The translations under genes and the position numbers were made by a program. Under the pieces are notes generated by a model that saw only the letters and a list, made by a program, of their open reading frames with translations, was not told the origin of the DNA and did not search any database. DNA of 64,000 nt from Acidobacteriota bacterium (GTDB taxonomy: Bacteria; Acidobacteriota; Vicinamibacteria; Vicinamibacterales; 2-12-FULL-66-21): contig JBKPQB010000027.1 of the NCBI GenBank assembly GCA_046733875.1, positions 23,601-87,600 on the forward strand, in the 5' to 3' direction. Positions 10,940-20,721 of the stretch are shown here, piece by piece (positions within the stretch are counted from its first letter, which is position 1; each line of letters begins with the position of its first letter).

Positions 10940-10953
10940 GGAGGTTGGAGGTT
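10936..10953 (+). repeat. SD-like heptad element ATGAGGAGGTTGGAGGTT containing the PPIase stop codon
   Basis: 17/18 identical to 14619-14636. TGA at 10937-10939 lies inside it. Confidence 0.8.
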
Positions 10954-11029
10954 CCAGCCTCAAGCCTCCGGCCCCCACGTGGGATAATCATTAGATGGCC
11001 AGAATGGCCGGAAGGGAAATCGGAAGAGT

Positions 11030-12433
11030 TTGGCAGACACACGGTTCAAAATTGCAGTATTCATCGACTTCGACAACATCGAGATTGGCGTCAAGAGCAC
11101 GCTGAGCGCGCAGTTCGACGTCGGGGTCGTTCTGGAAGCGTTGAAAGAGCGCGGCGAGGTCGTTTCGAAGATCGCCTACGGTGACTGGACGCGCGCGGGC
11201 GATTACAGCCGCTCGCTGACGCAGCACGCAACCAAGCTCGTGCAGCGCAATCTGACGCCGGGCGGCGACAAGAACGGCGCGGACATCAACCTGGCGCTCG
11301 ACGCCCTGGAGATGGCGTTCACCCACCCGCACATCAACGCCTACGTGATCGTCGGGGGCGACAGCGACTTCATCTCGCTCGTCGAGAAGCTCAAACAGTA
11401 CGACAAGCAGGTGTTCATCGTCGGCGGCCGCGCGTTTACGAGCGTCGTGATGCAGCGCAACTGCCATGAGTTCATCGCGTACGAGAACCTGACGAGCGGG
11501 CGGCGGCAGGAACGCGGCCGCGCGAGCGGGCCTGCGGCCTCGGCGTCGAGCATCGATCAGATCGTGCCGCTCGTCCGCCGCGCGCTGAAGCTGCTCAGCG
11601 ATCGCGAGGTCTCGCCGCAGCTCGGGTTGCTGAAGAGCACGCTCCTGCAGCTCGACTCGACGTTCTCGGAGCGGACGTACGGCGCGAGCAGCTTCCGCGA
11701 TTTCGCGCAGAAGCTCGCGTCCGCAGGCTACGTCACGCTGCGGGAGTCGGGGCGCAATGTCCTCGTCGAGCTGAGTGAAGATGGCCACGGCCAGCCGCGC
11801 CACGCACCGCCGGAGCCGGCGCGGCCAGCAGTCCAGGAGGAGCGTCCGACCGCCGAGCCTCGACTGGCAGACGGGATTCGCGAGGTACGCCGCCTGTTCC
11901 AGGCGGCGCAGAATCCGCCGCGGTGGCCGATGTACGTGCGCCAAGTGAAGCAGTTTCTGCGCGGGGTCGACCAGACGTTCGATGAGCGGCGGTTCGGGTT
12001 CGCTACGCTCAACGATCTGCTTCGCGCGTGCCAGCGCGAGGGTCTCTTCCGCATGGAGCGCGATCGCCAGGGCGTGATGCGGTTCTTCCCGGGCAACGTG
12101 ATGAAGCCGATCGAAACGGAGCGTGCGGCCCCCGCAGAGCCCGAGGTGGTCGAGAGCGCAGGCGAAACGCACGAGGAAGCGATCACGGAAGGACGCCAGC
12201 CGGAGATCGTGGACGGCGACGTCGTGCAGGAGGTGGAGACGGCGCCGATCATCGACGTCGAGGAATCGCCGAGCGAGCCGGCGCACGCATCTGCTGAGAC
12301 CCCTGAGGAGACCGAGCCGCAGCCGCCGCGCCGGCGCCGCGGCGGGAAGACGGGCGCCCGCGCGCCGAAGGAGAAGAAGGCGGCAAAACCGCGCGGCCCG
12401 AGGCGGAAAGCGCCCGTGCCGGCCAACGCCTGA
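11030..12433 (+). CDS. NYN-domain (LabA-like) protein with OST-HTH/LOTUS-like region and a charged low-complexity tail
   Basis: TTG start. N-terminus KIAVFIDFDNIEIG...IVGGDSDFISLVEKLK is typical of NYN/LabA nucleases. Central helical repeats are followed by an acidic then basic tail (PRRRRGGKTGARAPKEKKAAKPRG). Confidence 0.7.
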   Translation: MADTRFKIAVFIDFDNIEIGVKSTLSAQFDVGVVLEALKERGEVVSKIAYGDWTRAGDYSRSLTQHATKLVQRNLTPGGDKNGADINLALDALEMAFTHPHINAYVIVGGDSDFISLVEKLKQYDKQVFIVGGRAFTSVVMQRNCHEFIAYENLTSGRRQERGRASGPAASASSIDQIVPLVRRALKLLSDREVSPQLGLLKSTLLQLDSTFSERTYGASSFRDFAQKLASAGYVTLRESGRNVLVELSEDGHGQPRHAPPEPARPAVQEERPTAEPRLADGIREVRRLFQAAQNPPRWPMYVRQVKQFLRGVDQTFDERRFGFATLNDLLRACQREGLFRMERDRQGVMRFFPGNVMKPIETERAAPAEPEVVESAGETHEEAITEGRQPEIVDGDVVQEVETAPIIDVEESPSEPAHASAETPEETEPQPPRRRRGGKTGARAPKEKKAAKPRGPRRKAPVPANA

Positions 12434-12495
12434 CGGGCGTGCGGGGGGTGCGTGGGCGTGCGGCGTTCCCCGTTTTGCGAGAATAGCGGCCTCGT

Positions 12496-13575
12496 ATGCG
12501 CCGCATCCTCCACGTCGACATGGACGCGTTCTACGCGTCGGTCGAGCAGCGCGATAATCCTTCTCTGCGCGGACGGCCTGTCGCCGTCGGCGGCGATCCC
12601 GACAAGCGCGGCGTGGTTGCTGCCGCGAGCTACGAAGCGCGCGCCTACGGCGTCAGGTCGGCCATCCCGATGGCGCGTGCGGTGCGGCTCTGTCCAGACC
12701 TCGTCATCGTCCGGCCCGACTTTCACCGCTATCGCGACGCGTCGCAGGCGGTCTTTGCGCTCTTCCGATCCGTCACGGCGCTCGTCGAGCCGCTGTCGCT
12801 CGACGAGGCATATCTGGACGTCACGGAGAACTCGTGGGGAGAGCCGCTGGGCAAGGCCGTCGCTCAGCGGTTGAAAGCAGAGATTCGCGCGGCGACCGGC
12901 CTTACGGCCTCCGCGGGCGTTGCACCCAACAAGTTTCTTGCGAAGATCGCGTCCGGCTGGCGCAAGCCGGACGGCCTCACGGTGATCGCGCCGGAGCGCG
13001 TCGAGCAGTTCCTGCAGAAGCTGCCGGTCGACGCGCTGTGGGGCGTCGGCCCCGTGACCGCACAACGGCTCCGCGAGCGCGGCATCGAACGCCTCGTCGA
13101 CGTTCGCGCTGCCGACCCGACGGTGCTCCGCGAGGCCGTCGGCAGCCAGGCCGACTGGCTGCGGCGTCTGGCCGACGGCATCGACGATCGCCGCGTCGAG
13201 CCGAACCGCGTCACGAAATCCTCTGGCAGCGAATACACCTACACGAACGATCTCACGAGCATCACGGAGATTCGCCGCGAGGTCGATGAGATGGCGCGCG
13301 ACGCGGCGGCATGGCTCGCGCGGAAGGAGCTCCTCTGCCGCACCGTCACCATCAAGGTGCGCTACGCCGACTTCACGACCATCACACGCAGCCACTCCAA
13401 ATCGCCCGCGACCCGTGAGGCCGATGATCTGGCCCAACGTGCGGTCGCGCTGCTCGACCGGACCGACGCCGCACATCGCGCCGTGCGCCTGCTCGGGGTC
13501 AGCGTGCACAACCTGGAAGATCCGTCAGCACCGTTCTTGCCCGAGGATCCTTTGTTGCCATTTTCGGAGATGTAG
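12496..13575 (+). CDS. dinB: DNA polymerase IV (Y-family)
   Basis: MRRILHVDMDAFYASVEQRDNP...SLDEAYLDVT catalytic motifs. Length 359 aa. Confidence 0.92.
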   Translation: MRRILHVDMDAFYASVEQRDNPSLRGRPVAVGGDPDKRGVVAAASYEARAYGVRSAIPMARAVRLCPDLVIVRPDFHRYRDASQAVFALFRSVTALVEPLSLDEAYLDVTENSWGEPLGKAVAQRLKAEIRAATGLTASAGVAPNKFLAKIASGWRKPDGLTVIAPERVEQFLQKLPVDALWGVGPVTAQRLRERGIERLVDVRAADPTVLREAVGSQADWLRRLADGIDDRRVEPNRVTKSSGSEYTYTNDLTSITEIRREVDEMARDAAAWLARKELLCRTVTIKVRYADFTTITRSHSKSPATREADDLAQRAVALLDRTDAAHRAVRLLGVSVHNLEDPSAPFLPEDPLLPFSEM

Positions 13576-13620
13576 GGCACCTCGTTCGGAGATGTAGCGC
13601 ACCGCTTTTACGGGTGCCGC
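13563..13620 (+). repeat. REP-like element: a 13-bp direct repeat TTCGGAGATGTAG (x2, 22 bp apart) plus an imperfect hairpin
   Basis: Copies at 13563-13575 and 13585-13597. The first TAG is the dinB stop. The 15-mer GATGTAGGGCACCTC (13569-13583) recurs at 17931-17945 (minus, 14/15) and 28477-28491 (13/15). Confidence 0.8.
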
Positions 13621-13638
13621 ATCGGATATCCTGAGGGG

Positions 13639-14618
<980 letters not shown>

Positions 14619-14619
<1 letters not shown>

Positions 14620-14650
14620 TGAGGAGGTTGGACGTTGGAGGTCGGAAGGT
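14619..14650 (+). repeat. SD-like heptad array GAGGAGGTT GGACGTT GGAGGTC GGAAGGT directly after the AKR stop
   Basis: Read from the sequence. 7-nt periodicity of GG dinucleotides. Confidence 0.8.
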
Positions 14651-14652
14651 AA

Positions 14653-14672
14653 CGCGCAACTTTAGTTGCGCG
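14653..14672. terminator. Perfect 8-bp hairpin between convergent genes (possible bidirectional terminator)
   Basis: CGCGCAAC-TTTA-GTTGCGCG. Confidence 0.6.
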
Positions 14673-14676
14673 ACAT

Positions 14677-17436
14677 TCACTCCGCTCTGAGAGCAACCAT
14701 CGGATCGATCCGTGCCGCGCGGCGAGCGGGCACATAACCTGCGATGAGCGCGAGCCCAATCATCAACGCCGCCGCTGCGCTGAGCGTCAAGACGTCGCGC
14801 GGCGGCAGACCGTAGAGCAGCGCATCGAGCAGACGTGTCCCAGCCAGCGCGGCGGGCACGCCGACGCCGAGACCGATCCCAGCCAGGACCAGCGAATCGC
14901 GCAGGATCATCCAGCGGACCGTCCGCTGCGCCGCGCCGAGCGCCATGCGAATGCCGATCTCCTGCGTGCGCTGGACGACCGAGTAGGCGAGGAGGCCGTA
15001 CACGCCGATCGCTGACAGCAGCAGCGCGACGACGCCGAGCAGCAGCGCAAGCCTCGCGAACAACCGCTCGCGCTTGAGGAACGACGTGATCTGTTCCGCC
15101 TGCGTTGCCACACTCGCGACGGGCAGCGTTGGATCGAGGCTGCGGACGATCTCGCGGACCTCGCTCGCCATCGCGGTCGGTGCCGCCCACGTCTTCACCG
15201 CGAAGCTGGGCGTGCTCTTCTCATCCGGGCGCTGACGATAGTAGAAGTACGCCGTCGGTGCCATCGGGCGTCGCAGCGAGGTGTACCGCGCGTCCGCGCA
15301 GATCCCAATCACCTCGTACACAGGCGATTCCTGCTGAAGGCCGACCCGGAAGCGACGGCCGATCGCGTCCTCCGTGCCCCAGAGCTGTCGCGCGAGCGCG
15401 CGATTGATTACGGCGTCGAGCGCGCCGCCCACATCAGCCGTGCTGAAGGCGCGCCCTCGAACGATCGGAATCGACAGAGTAGAGAAGAACTGCTCGTCGA
15501 CGGTGAGCATATAGACGCCGTGGTCGCGAAGGAAATTACGGGCCGCGGCCGATCCGCGCTCCGGCCTGGTCTCTTCCAACCTCGACGCCGCACTGAAAGA
15601 CGACGAGTTGCTGATCAGACGATTGCTGGACAATGACGCGCTGCGCACGCCGGGGACCGCGCGCAACCGATCCAGGAGTTCGGCATACAGACGCTGCGTG
15701 CGTGCCGTGTCGTAGCCGTTCTTCGACGCGTCGACGCTGAAAAGAAGAATGTTGCTGGGATCGAACCCGAGCTCGACGTGCTCGAGGTTCCGGAGCGAGC
15801 GGACGAGCAGTCCGGCGGCCACGGCGAGGAGCAGCGTCAAGGCAATCTGGACGGCGACGAGGCTGGTGGAGAGCACTCGCCTCTGGCGAGAGGCGGTTGC
15901 GCTCCGGCGAGCCTCTTCGAGCCGCAGGGCGAGGTGCCGATCCGTCGATCGGAATGCCGGGACCAGGCCGAAGAAAACGGCGGAGAGCGTCGCCACGAGG
16001 ACGGCGAATCCGAGGACGCGCAGATCGATCCCCGCAGCCTCGACGAGCGTCGGCGAATCACCAGCAACCGCGGGCAGCAGGGCGCCCGTCATCCATCGGG
16101 CGACAAGGACGCCCAGCGCGCTTGCGGCCGCGGCGAGCAGGAGCGCCTCGGTCAGCAGCTGCCGGATGATGCGCGAACGCGTTGCACCGATCGCGAGCCG
16201 CACGCCGAGCTCACGGGCCCGCGCGCGGCCCCGCGCGAGCAGGAGGCTCGCGACGTTCGCGCAGGCGACAAGGAGCACGATCAGCGTGACGGCCGCCATC
16301 GTGCGAATCACGGGCAGCATCTGCGCGCGATCCTCGATCTGGCCGCGGGAGCCAGGCAGCAGCCGAAGCCGCGGATAGTCGGCTACCGGGAGCTGCGGAC
16401 GCGCCTGTGCGACCGTTCGCTTGAGCAGCACGTCGAGCGCCGCCTCCGCATCCTCCACCCTCTCACCGGGCTTGATGCGGCCCATCATCAAAACCCACCA
16501 GAAGTTGGGATCGGTGATCGGGTCATCGTTCGGCACGACACGCGTCCGCAGCGAGAGCGGCACGTAGATGTCGGGATTGCTTCCCGTCTGGCCCGTGCCG
16601 TGAAAGTCCGTCGTCAGAACGCCGGCGATCGTGAACGGAACAGCATTGACGGAGACGGTGTGACCGACCGCGTCCGCGGGAGGCGCGAAGTGCCGGGATG
16701 CGAACGCATGGCTGATGACAACGGCTGGCGCGGCCTCGACGCGGTCGTCCGCAGGGCCGAGCGCTCGTCCTGCCGCGGACTGGACGCCGAGCGTCTCGAA
16801 GTAGTTGCCCGAGACCGCGTGCGCCGAGCCCATCTCGCTGCCGCGGCCGATCGTGAGGTTCACGCTGTATAGATCTGCGAACGCAATCACGTCGACGAAC
16901 CGCGATCCTTCTTTCCGGAATGCATCCAGGGCGGACGAGGAAAACGAGGTGCTGTTCAAGCCATCGGCAGTCTGGTCTCCGGTGCCGTTCAGAGAACGAA
17001 ATGGAATCACCGGCCCCGAAAACCACTTCATGATGACGAGCGCGTCGGGATTACGGACGGCGAGCTTCCGGACGAGCACGGCGTCGGCGAGACTGAATAC
17101 CGCCGCGCTCGAGCCGATTCCGATGGCGAGCGACAGGACGGCGACGAGGGTGAGCGCGCTCGATCGTCGCAGCGTCCGCACGCCGTAGCGCACGTCCTGC
17201 GCGAGGCCATCGAGCAGGGGGAAGCCCCACGTCGCGTGCGCGTCTTCTCTCAGCTTCGTGACGTTGCCGACGTCAATGATGGCGCGACGTTGTGCTTCCG
17301 CTTCGGAGAGACCATCCTCCAGATAAGCCTGCGCCTTCCACGCGACGTGCTGATCGAGCTCGCTCCGAAGCTGGTCATCCAGCGTGCGCCGCCGCATGGC
17401 CGCGAGAAGATGCCGAACGAATCGGAGTACTCCCAT
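14677..17436 (-). CDS. ADOP-family duplicated orphan permease (two MacB/FtsX permease modules fused, no ATPase)
   Basis: 919 aa. Characteristic N-terminus (RRRTLDDQLRSELDQHVAWKAQAYLEDGLSEAEAQRRAIIDVGNVTKLREDAH). Two FtsX-type modules. A PadR gene lies immediately upstream, the known acidobacterial pairing. Confidence 0.9.
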   Translation of the reverse strand: MGVLRFVRHLLAAMRRRTLDDQLRSELDQHVAWKAQAYLEDGLSEAEAQRRAIIDVGNVTKLREDAHATWGFPLLDGLAQDVRYGVRTLRRSSALTLVAVLSLAIGIGSSAAVFSLADAVLVRKLAVRNPDALVIMKWFSGPVIPFRSLNGTGDQTADGLNSTSFSSSALDAFRKEGSRFVDVIAFADLYSVNLTIGRGSEMGSAHAVSGNYFETLGVQSAAGRALGPADDRVEAAPAVVISHAFASRHFAPPADAVGHTVSVNAVPFTIAGVLTTDFHGTGQTGSNPDIYVPLSLRTRVVPNDDPITDPNFWWVLMMGRIKPGERVEDAEAALDVLLKRTVAQARPQLPVADYPRLRLLPGSRGQIEDRAQMLPVIRTMAAVTLIVLLVACANVASLLLARGRARARELGVRLAIGATRSRIIRQLLTEALLLAAAASALGVLVARWMTGALLPAVAGDSPTLVEAAGIDLRVLGFAVLVATLSAVFFGLVPAFRSTDRHLALRLEEARRSATASRQRRVLSTSLVAVQIALTLLLAVAAGLLVRSLRNLEHVELGFDPSNILLFSVDASKNGYDTARTQRLYAELLDRLRAVPGVRSASLSSNRLISNSSSFSAASRLEETRPERGSAAARNFLRDHGVYMLTVDEQFFSTLSIPIVRGRAFSTADVGGALDAVINRALARQLWGTEDAIGRRFRVGLQQESPVYEVIGICADARYTSLRRPMAPTAYFYYRQRPDEKSTPSFAVKTWAAPTAMASEVREIVRSLDPTLPVASVATQAEQITSFLKRERLFARLALLLGVVALLLSAIGVYGLLAYSVVQRTQEIGIRMALGAAQRTVRWMILRDSLVLAGIGLGVGVPAALAGTRLLDALLYGLPPRDVLTLSAAAALMIGLALIAGYVPARRAARIDPMVALRAE

Positions 17437-17499
17437 AGATTTTCTACTGGTCCGTGTATTCCGTGTCCTTCGCGGCTCCCCGGTCCGCGTGTTGCGTGG

Positions 17500-17844
17500 C
17501 TACGTTGTCCGCGGTTTCATGACGCGGCCGATCGCGGCAACCAGCCGGTCGAAGCTCGACTCGGCCTCGCCGAGCGCGCGCCGGCCGGCGCGCGTGAGGC
17601 GGTAATAGCGTGCGCGGCGATTATTTGCCGAGTGGCCCCACTCCGACGCCACGAGCCCCTGAATCTGCAGCCGCTGCAGAGCGGGATACAACGAACCCTC
17701 CTCGACATGCAGCACCTCGGCCGACACGGTCTTGATGTGCCGGGCAATGCCGTAGCCGTGCATGACGCCGAGCGACAGCGTCTTGAGGATCAGCATGTCG
17801 AGCGTGCCGGGCAGGAGCTCCTGACGGTCTCGCGAGTTTCCCAT
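17500..17844 (-). CDS. PadR-family transcriptional regulator
   Basis: LLPGTLDMLILKTLSLGVMHGYGIARHI...EGSLYPALQRLQIQGLV, a winged-helix PadR signature. Confidence 0.9.
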   Translation of the reverse strand: MGNSRDRQELLPGTLDMLILKTLSLGVMHGYGIARHIKTVSAEVLHVEEGSLYPALQRLQIQGLVASEWGHSANNRRARYYRLTRAGRRALGEAESSFDRLVAAIGRVMKPRTT

Positions 17845-17857
17845 AGGTAGACTATGG
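17841..17857. promoter_or_regulatory. Inverted repeat CCATAG-N5-CTATGG spanning the padR start codon (candidate operator)
   Basis: Read from the sequence. PadR regulators commonly autoregulate through palindromic operators. Confidence 0.35.
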
Positions 17858-17911
17858 GGGAGAGCCTACGTCCGACTTCGTGGTTGCGTCAAGTGAAATG
17901 CGGGGGAGGCG

Positions 17912-17945
17912 CTACGCGAGCACCTTTAAAGAGGTGCCCTCCATC
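17912..17945 (-). repeat. REP-like element, minus orientation (GATGGAGGGCACCTCTTTAAAGGTGCTCGCGTAGC)
   Basis: Hairpin GCACCT (17920-17925) pairs with AGGTGC (17932-17937). GTAG complement at 17912-17915. Confidence 0.7.
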
Positions 17946-17992
17946 CAAGGCGGCGACATCTGAGGTGGCCTAGATCTGAACTGCCGGCACAG

Positions 17993-18397
17993 CTACAGTG
18001 CATCCAGTTCCGATTCGACGCCTTCCGACATCACCTTGAACGTTCTGTAGGCCCGTCCCAGCGCGCGGGCGCCTTCCGTATCCATCAAGTAGTGCCGGCG
18101 GCGCCGTCCACCGCGCTGTGGCGTAGGCGGACCGACGTACGACACGACCATCCTCTTTTCTTCGAGCCGCTGCAGCGTGACGTACACCCCGCTGACCGAA
18201 ACCTTGCGCCCGGTGCGATCTTCGATGTGACGCCGGATCGCCGCGCCGTACGCGCCGTTGCCGAGCCGTAGCAGCGCGATCAACACGATCTGCTCGAACT
18301 CTCCGATGGCCGCGGCATAGTAGTCCTGGATATGTTTCACATCGTTTAGTATATACGTGTCGATTTGGCTTGCCATTAACCCGGCTGCCGTGCTCAT
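17993..18397 (-). CDS. PadR-like winged-helix regulator
   Basis: IGEFEQIVLIALLRLGNGAYGAAIRRHIE...GVYVTLQRLEEKRMV. The start is uncertain (ATG 18397 or 18376, or a downstream GTG). Confidence 0.7.
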   Translation of the reverse strand: MSTAAGLMASQIDTYILNDVKHIQDYYAAAIGEFEQIVLIALLRLGNGAYGAAIRRHIEDRTGRKVSVSGVYVTLQRLEEKRMVVSYVGPPTPQRGGRRRRHYLMDTEGARALGRAYRTFKVMSEGVESELDAL

Positions 18398-18510
18398 AAT
18401 GAAGCCCTCAACGGCCGCGGCTTCATCCCCCTTCACCCACGGCAGAAAGGACGCACGCAATGGGCTCCGCATCATCGAGCGAGGCACGACGGAATATTAC
18501 CGACTGGGGC

Positions 18511-20658
18511 ATGGCGATCCGGAACGTCAACGTTTCCACGCAGCCGCAGGCGCCGCGGAAGGTCGTCGACGAGTTCGGATCGCTCACATTCAACGAAGAA
18601 GTCCAGCGCGCCCGTCTCCCGAAAGACGTGTTCCGCGCGCTGCGCCGCTCGATTGCGCACGGCGAGTCCATCGATCCCTCCGTCGCGGACATCGTCGCCA
18701 GCGCGTTGAAGGACTGGGCCGTGGAGTACGGCGCGACGCACTACACGCACTGGTTCCAGCCGATGACGGGCATCACGGCCGAGAAGCACGATTCCTTCCT
18801 GAATCCGACGCCGGACGGCCGCGCGGTCGCGGAGTTCAGCGGCAAGGAGCTGGTGAAAGGGGAACCGGACGCCTCGAGCTTCCCATCCGGCGGCATGCGA
18901 TCGACGTTCGAGGCACGCGGCTACACGGCCTGGGATCCGACCAGCCCGCCCTGGCTCCTCGTCACGCCGCAGGGGACGACGCTCGTCATTCCAACGGCGT
19001 TCGTGAGCTGGACGGGCGAGGCGCTCGACAAGAAGACGCCGCTGCTGCGATCGCAGGAGGCGCTCTCGAAGCAGGCGGTCCGGATCCTGAAGCTGTTCGG
19101 ATCGAAGGGCACGCGCGTCGTGACGACGTGCGGTCCCGAGCAGGAATACTTCCTGATCGATCGGCAGTTCTATTTCAATCGGCCGGACCTGATTAACGCC
19201 GGCCGGACGCTCTTCGGTGCGCGGCCGCCGAAGGGCCAGGAGATGGAGGACCACTATTTTGGCTCCATCCCCGACCGCGTCCTCGCCTTCATGATGGAAG
19301 TGGAGCGCGAGCTGTACAAGGTCGGCGTCCCCGTCAAGACGCGCCACAACGAGGTCGCGCCGAGCCAGTACGAGGTCGCGCCAATCTTCGAGAACGCGAA
19401 CGTCGCCACCGATCATCAGATGATGACGATGGAGATGATGAGGAGGATGGCGCCGAAGTACGGCCTCGCGTGTCTGCTGCACGAGAAGCCGTTTGCGGGC
19501 GTCAACGGCTCCGGCAAGCATCTGAACTGGAGCATGAGCGATGATCTCGGGAACAACCTGCTGAACCCCGGCGATACGCCGCACGACAACATGCAGTTCC
19601 TGGTGTTCTGCGCGGCCGTGCTGCGCGCCGTGAACAAGCACCAGGGGCTGCTGCGCTTCAGCATTGCCAGTGCGGGCAACGATCATCGGCTCGGTGCAAA
19701 CGAGGCGCCTCCCGCGATCATCTCGATCTTCCTGGGCGACATGCTCACCGATATTTTCGAGCAGATCGAGAAGGCGGGGAGCGCGAAGAGCACGAAGAGC
19801 GGCGGAATTCTCGACATCGGCGTCAACGTGCTGCCCAAGCTCCCGCGCGACGCGGGGGACCGCAACCGCACCAGCCCGTTCGCGTTCACCGGCAACAAGT
19901 TCGAGTTCCGTGCCGTCTCGGCGAACCAGAGCATCGCGCTGCCGAACGTGGCGCTGAACGTCGCCGTGACCGAATCGCTCGACTACTGCGCGACCGAGCT
20001 GGAGAAGGGGCTGAAGGAAGGCAAGAAGCTGCAGGCCGCGCTGCAGACGCTGCTCACGAAGGTGATCAAGGAGAACAAGCGGATCATCTTCAACGGTAAC
20101 AACTACTCGGCGGAGTGGGAGAAGGAAGCGGAGAAGCGCGGGCTGCTGAACCACCGGACGTCGGTTGACGCCTACGGCGAGGCGATCAAGCCCGAGGTCG
20201 TGAAGGCGTTCGAGAAGTACGGCGTCCTGAACGAGCGCGAGCTGCGCGCCCGCTACGACGTCGCGCTCGAGCAGTACAACAAGACCATCAACATCGAGGC
20301 GCAGTTGATGGTGCTGATGGGGAACCGCTACATCCTGCCGGCGGCCTATCGGTATCAGACCGAGGTGGCGCAGACCGTGGCGGCCGTGAAGTCCGCGGGC
20401 GCAACGGCGAAGGAATCACGCGCACGGCTGACCCAGATGATCCGCCTCACGGATGAGTGCAAGGTGCGCGTGGATCACCTGCAGCACCTGCTCGAGCACG
20501 AGGGCAACGGCGACCCGATGAAGCACGCGAAATACTTCCGCGACAAGGTCATTCCCGCGATGAACGACTTGCGGGAGACGGGAGACGCGCTGGAAGCGGT
20601 CGTACCGCACGACATCTGGCCCTTTCCCACCTACAGAGAAATGCTGTTTGTGAAATAG
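18511..20658 (+). CDS. glnN: Glutamine synthetase type III
   Basis: About 715 aa. N-terminal [23 protein letters not shown] and central GS catalytic blocks ([33 protein letters not shown]) are typical of GSIII. Confidence 0.88.
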   Translation: MAIRNVNVSTQPQAPRKVVDEFGSLTFNEEVQRARLPKDVFRALRRSIAHGESIDPSVADIVASALKDWAVEYGATHYTHWFQPMTGITAEKHDSFLNPTPDGRAVAEFSGKELVKGEPDASSFPSGGMRSTFEARGYTAWDPTSPPWLLVTPQGTTLVIPTAFVSWTGEALDKKTPLLRSQEALSKQAVRILKLFGSKGTRVVTTCGPEQEYFLIDRQFYFNRPDLINAGRTLFGARPPKGQEMEDHYFGSIPDRVLAFMMEVERELYKVGVPVKTRHNEVAPSQYEVAPIFENANVATDHQMMTMEMMRRMAPKYGLACLLHEKPFAGVNGSGKHLNWSMSDDLGNNLLNPGDTPHDNMQFLVFCAAVLRAVNKHQGLLRFSIASAGNDHRLGANEAPPAIISIFLGDMLTDIFEQIEKAGSAKSTKSGGILDIGVNVLPKLPRDAGDRNRTSPFAFTGNKFEFRAVSANQSIALPNVALNVAVTESLDYCATELEKGLKEGKKLQAALQTLLTKVIKENKRIIFNGNNYSAEWEKEAEKRGLLNHRTSVDAYGEAIKPEVVKAFEKYGVLNERELRARYDVALEQYNKTINIEAQLMVLMGNRYILPAAYRYQTEVAQTVAAVKSAGATAKESRARLTQMIRLTDECKVRVDHLQHLLEHEGNGDPMKHAKYFRDKVIPAMNDLRETGDALEAVVPHDIWPFPTYREMLFVK

Positions 20659-20661
20659 CCA

Positions 20662-20690
20662 GGTAGTTGGGAGTTGGTCGGTGCTGGTTG
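20662..20690 (+). repeat. Heptad array GGTAGTT GGGAGTT GGTCGGT GCTGGTT after the glnN stop
   Basis: Shares the 12-mer GTTGGGAGTTGG and GGTTGAAAG with 52000-52036. Confidence 0.75.
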
Positions 20691-20718
20691 AAAGGGCTCG
20701 GCGCAAGCCAGCCCTTTC
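20690..20718. terminator. Perfect 9-bp hairpin between convergent glnN and the DUF421 gene
   Basis: GAAAGGGCT (20690-20698) pairs with AGCCCTTTC (20710-20718). Confidence 0.6.
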
Positions 20719-20721
20719 TGC

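Noticed and set aside
10936-11184. An 82-aa ORF starting at the ATG inside the SD-like element after the PPIase gene.
   Set aside because: Its ATG overlaps the upstream stop and has no SD of its own upstream. The peptide is low complexity and runs into the NYN gene's start region. It is most likely non-coding.
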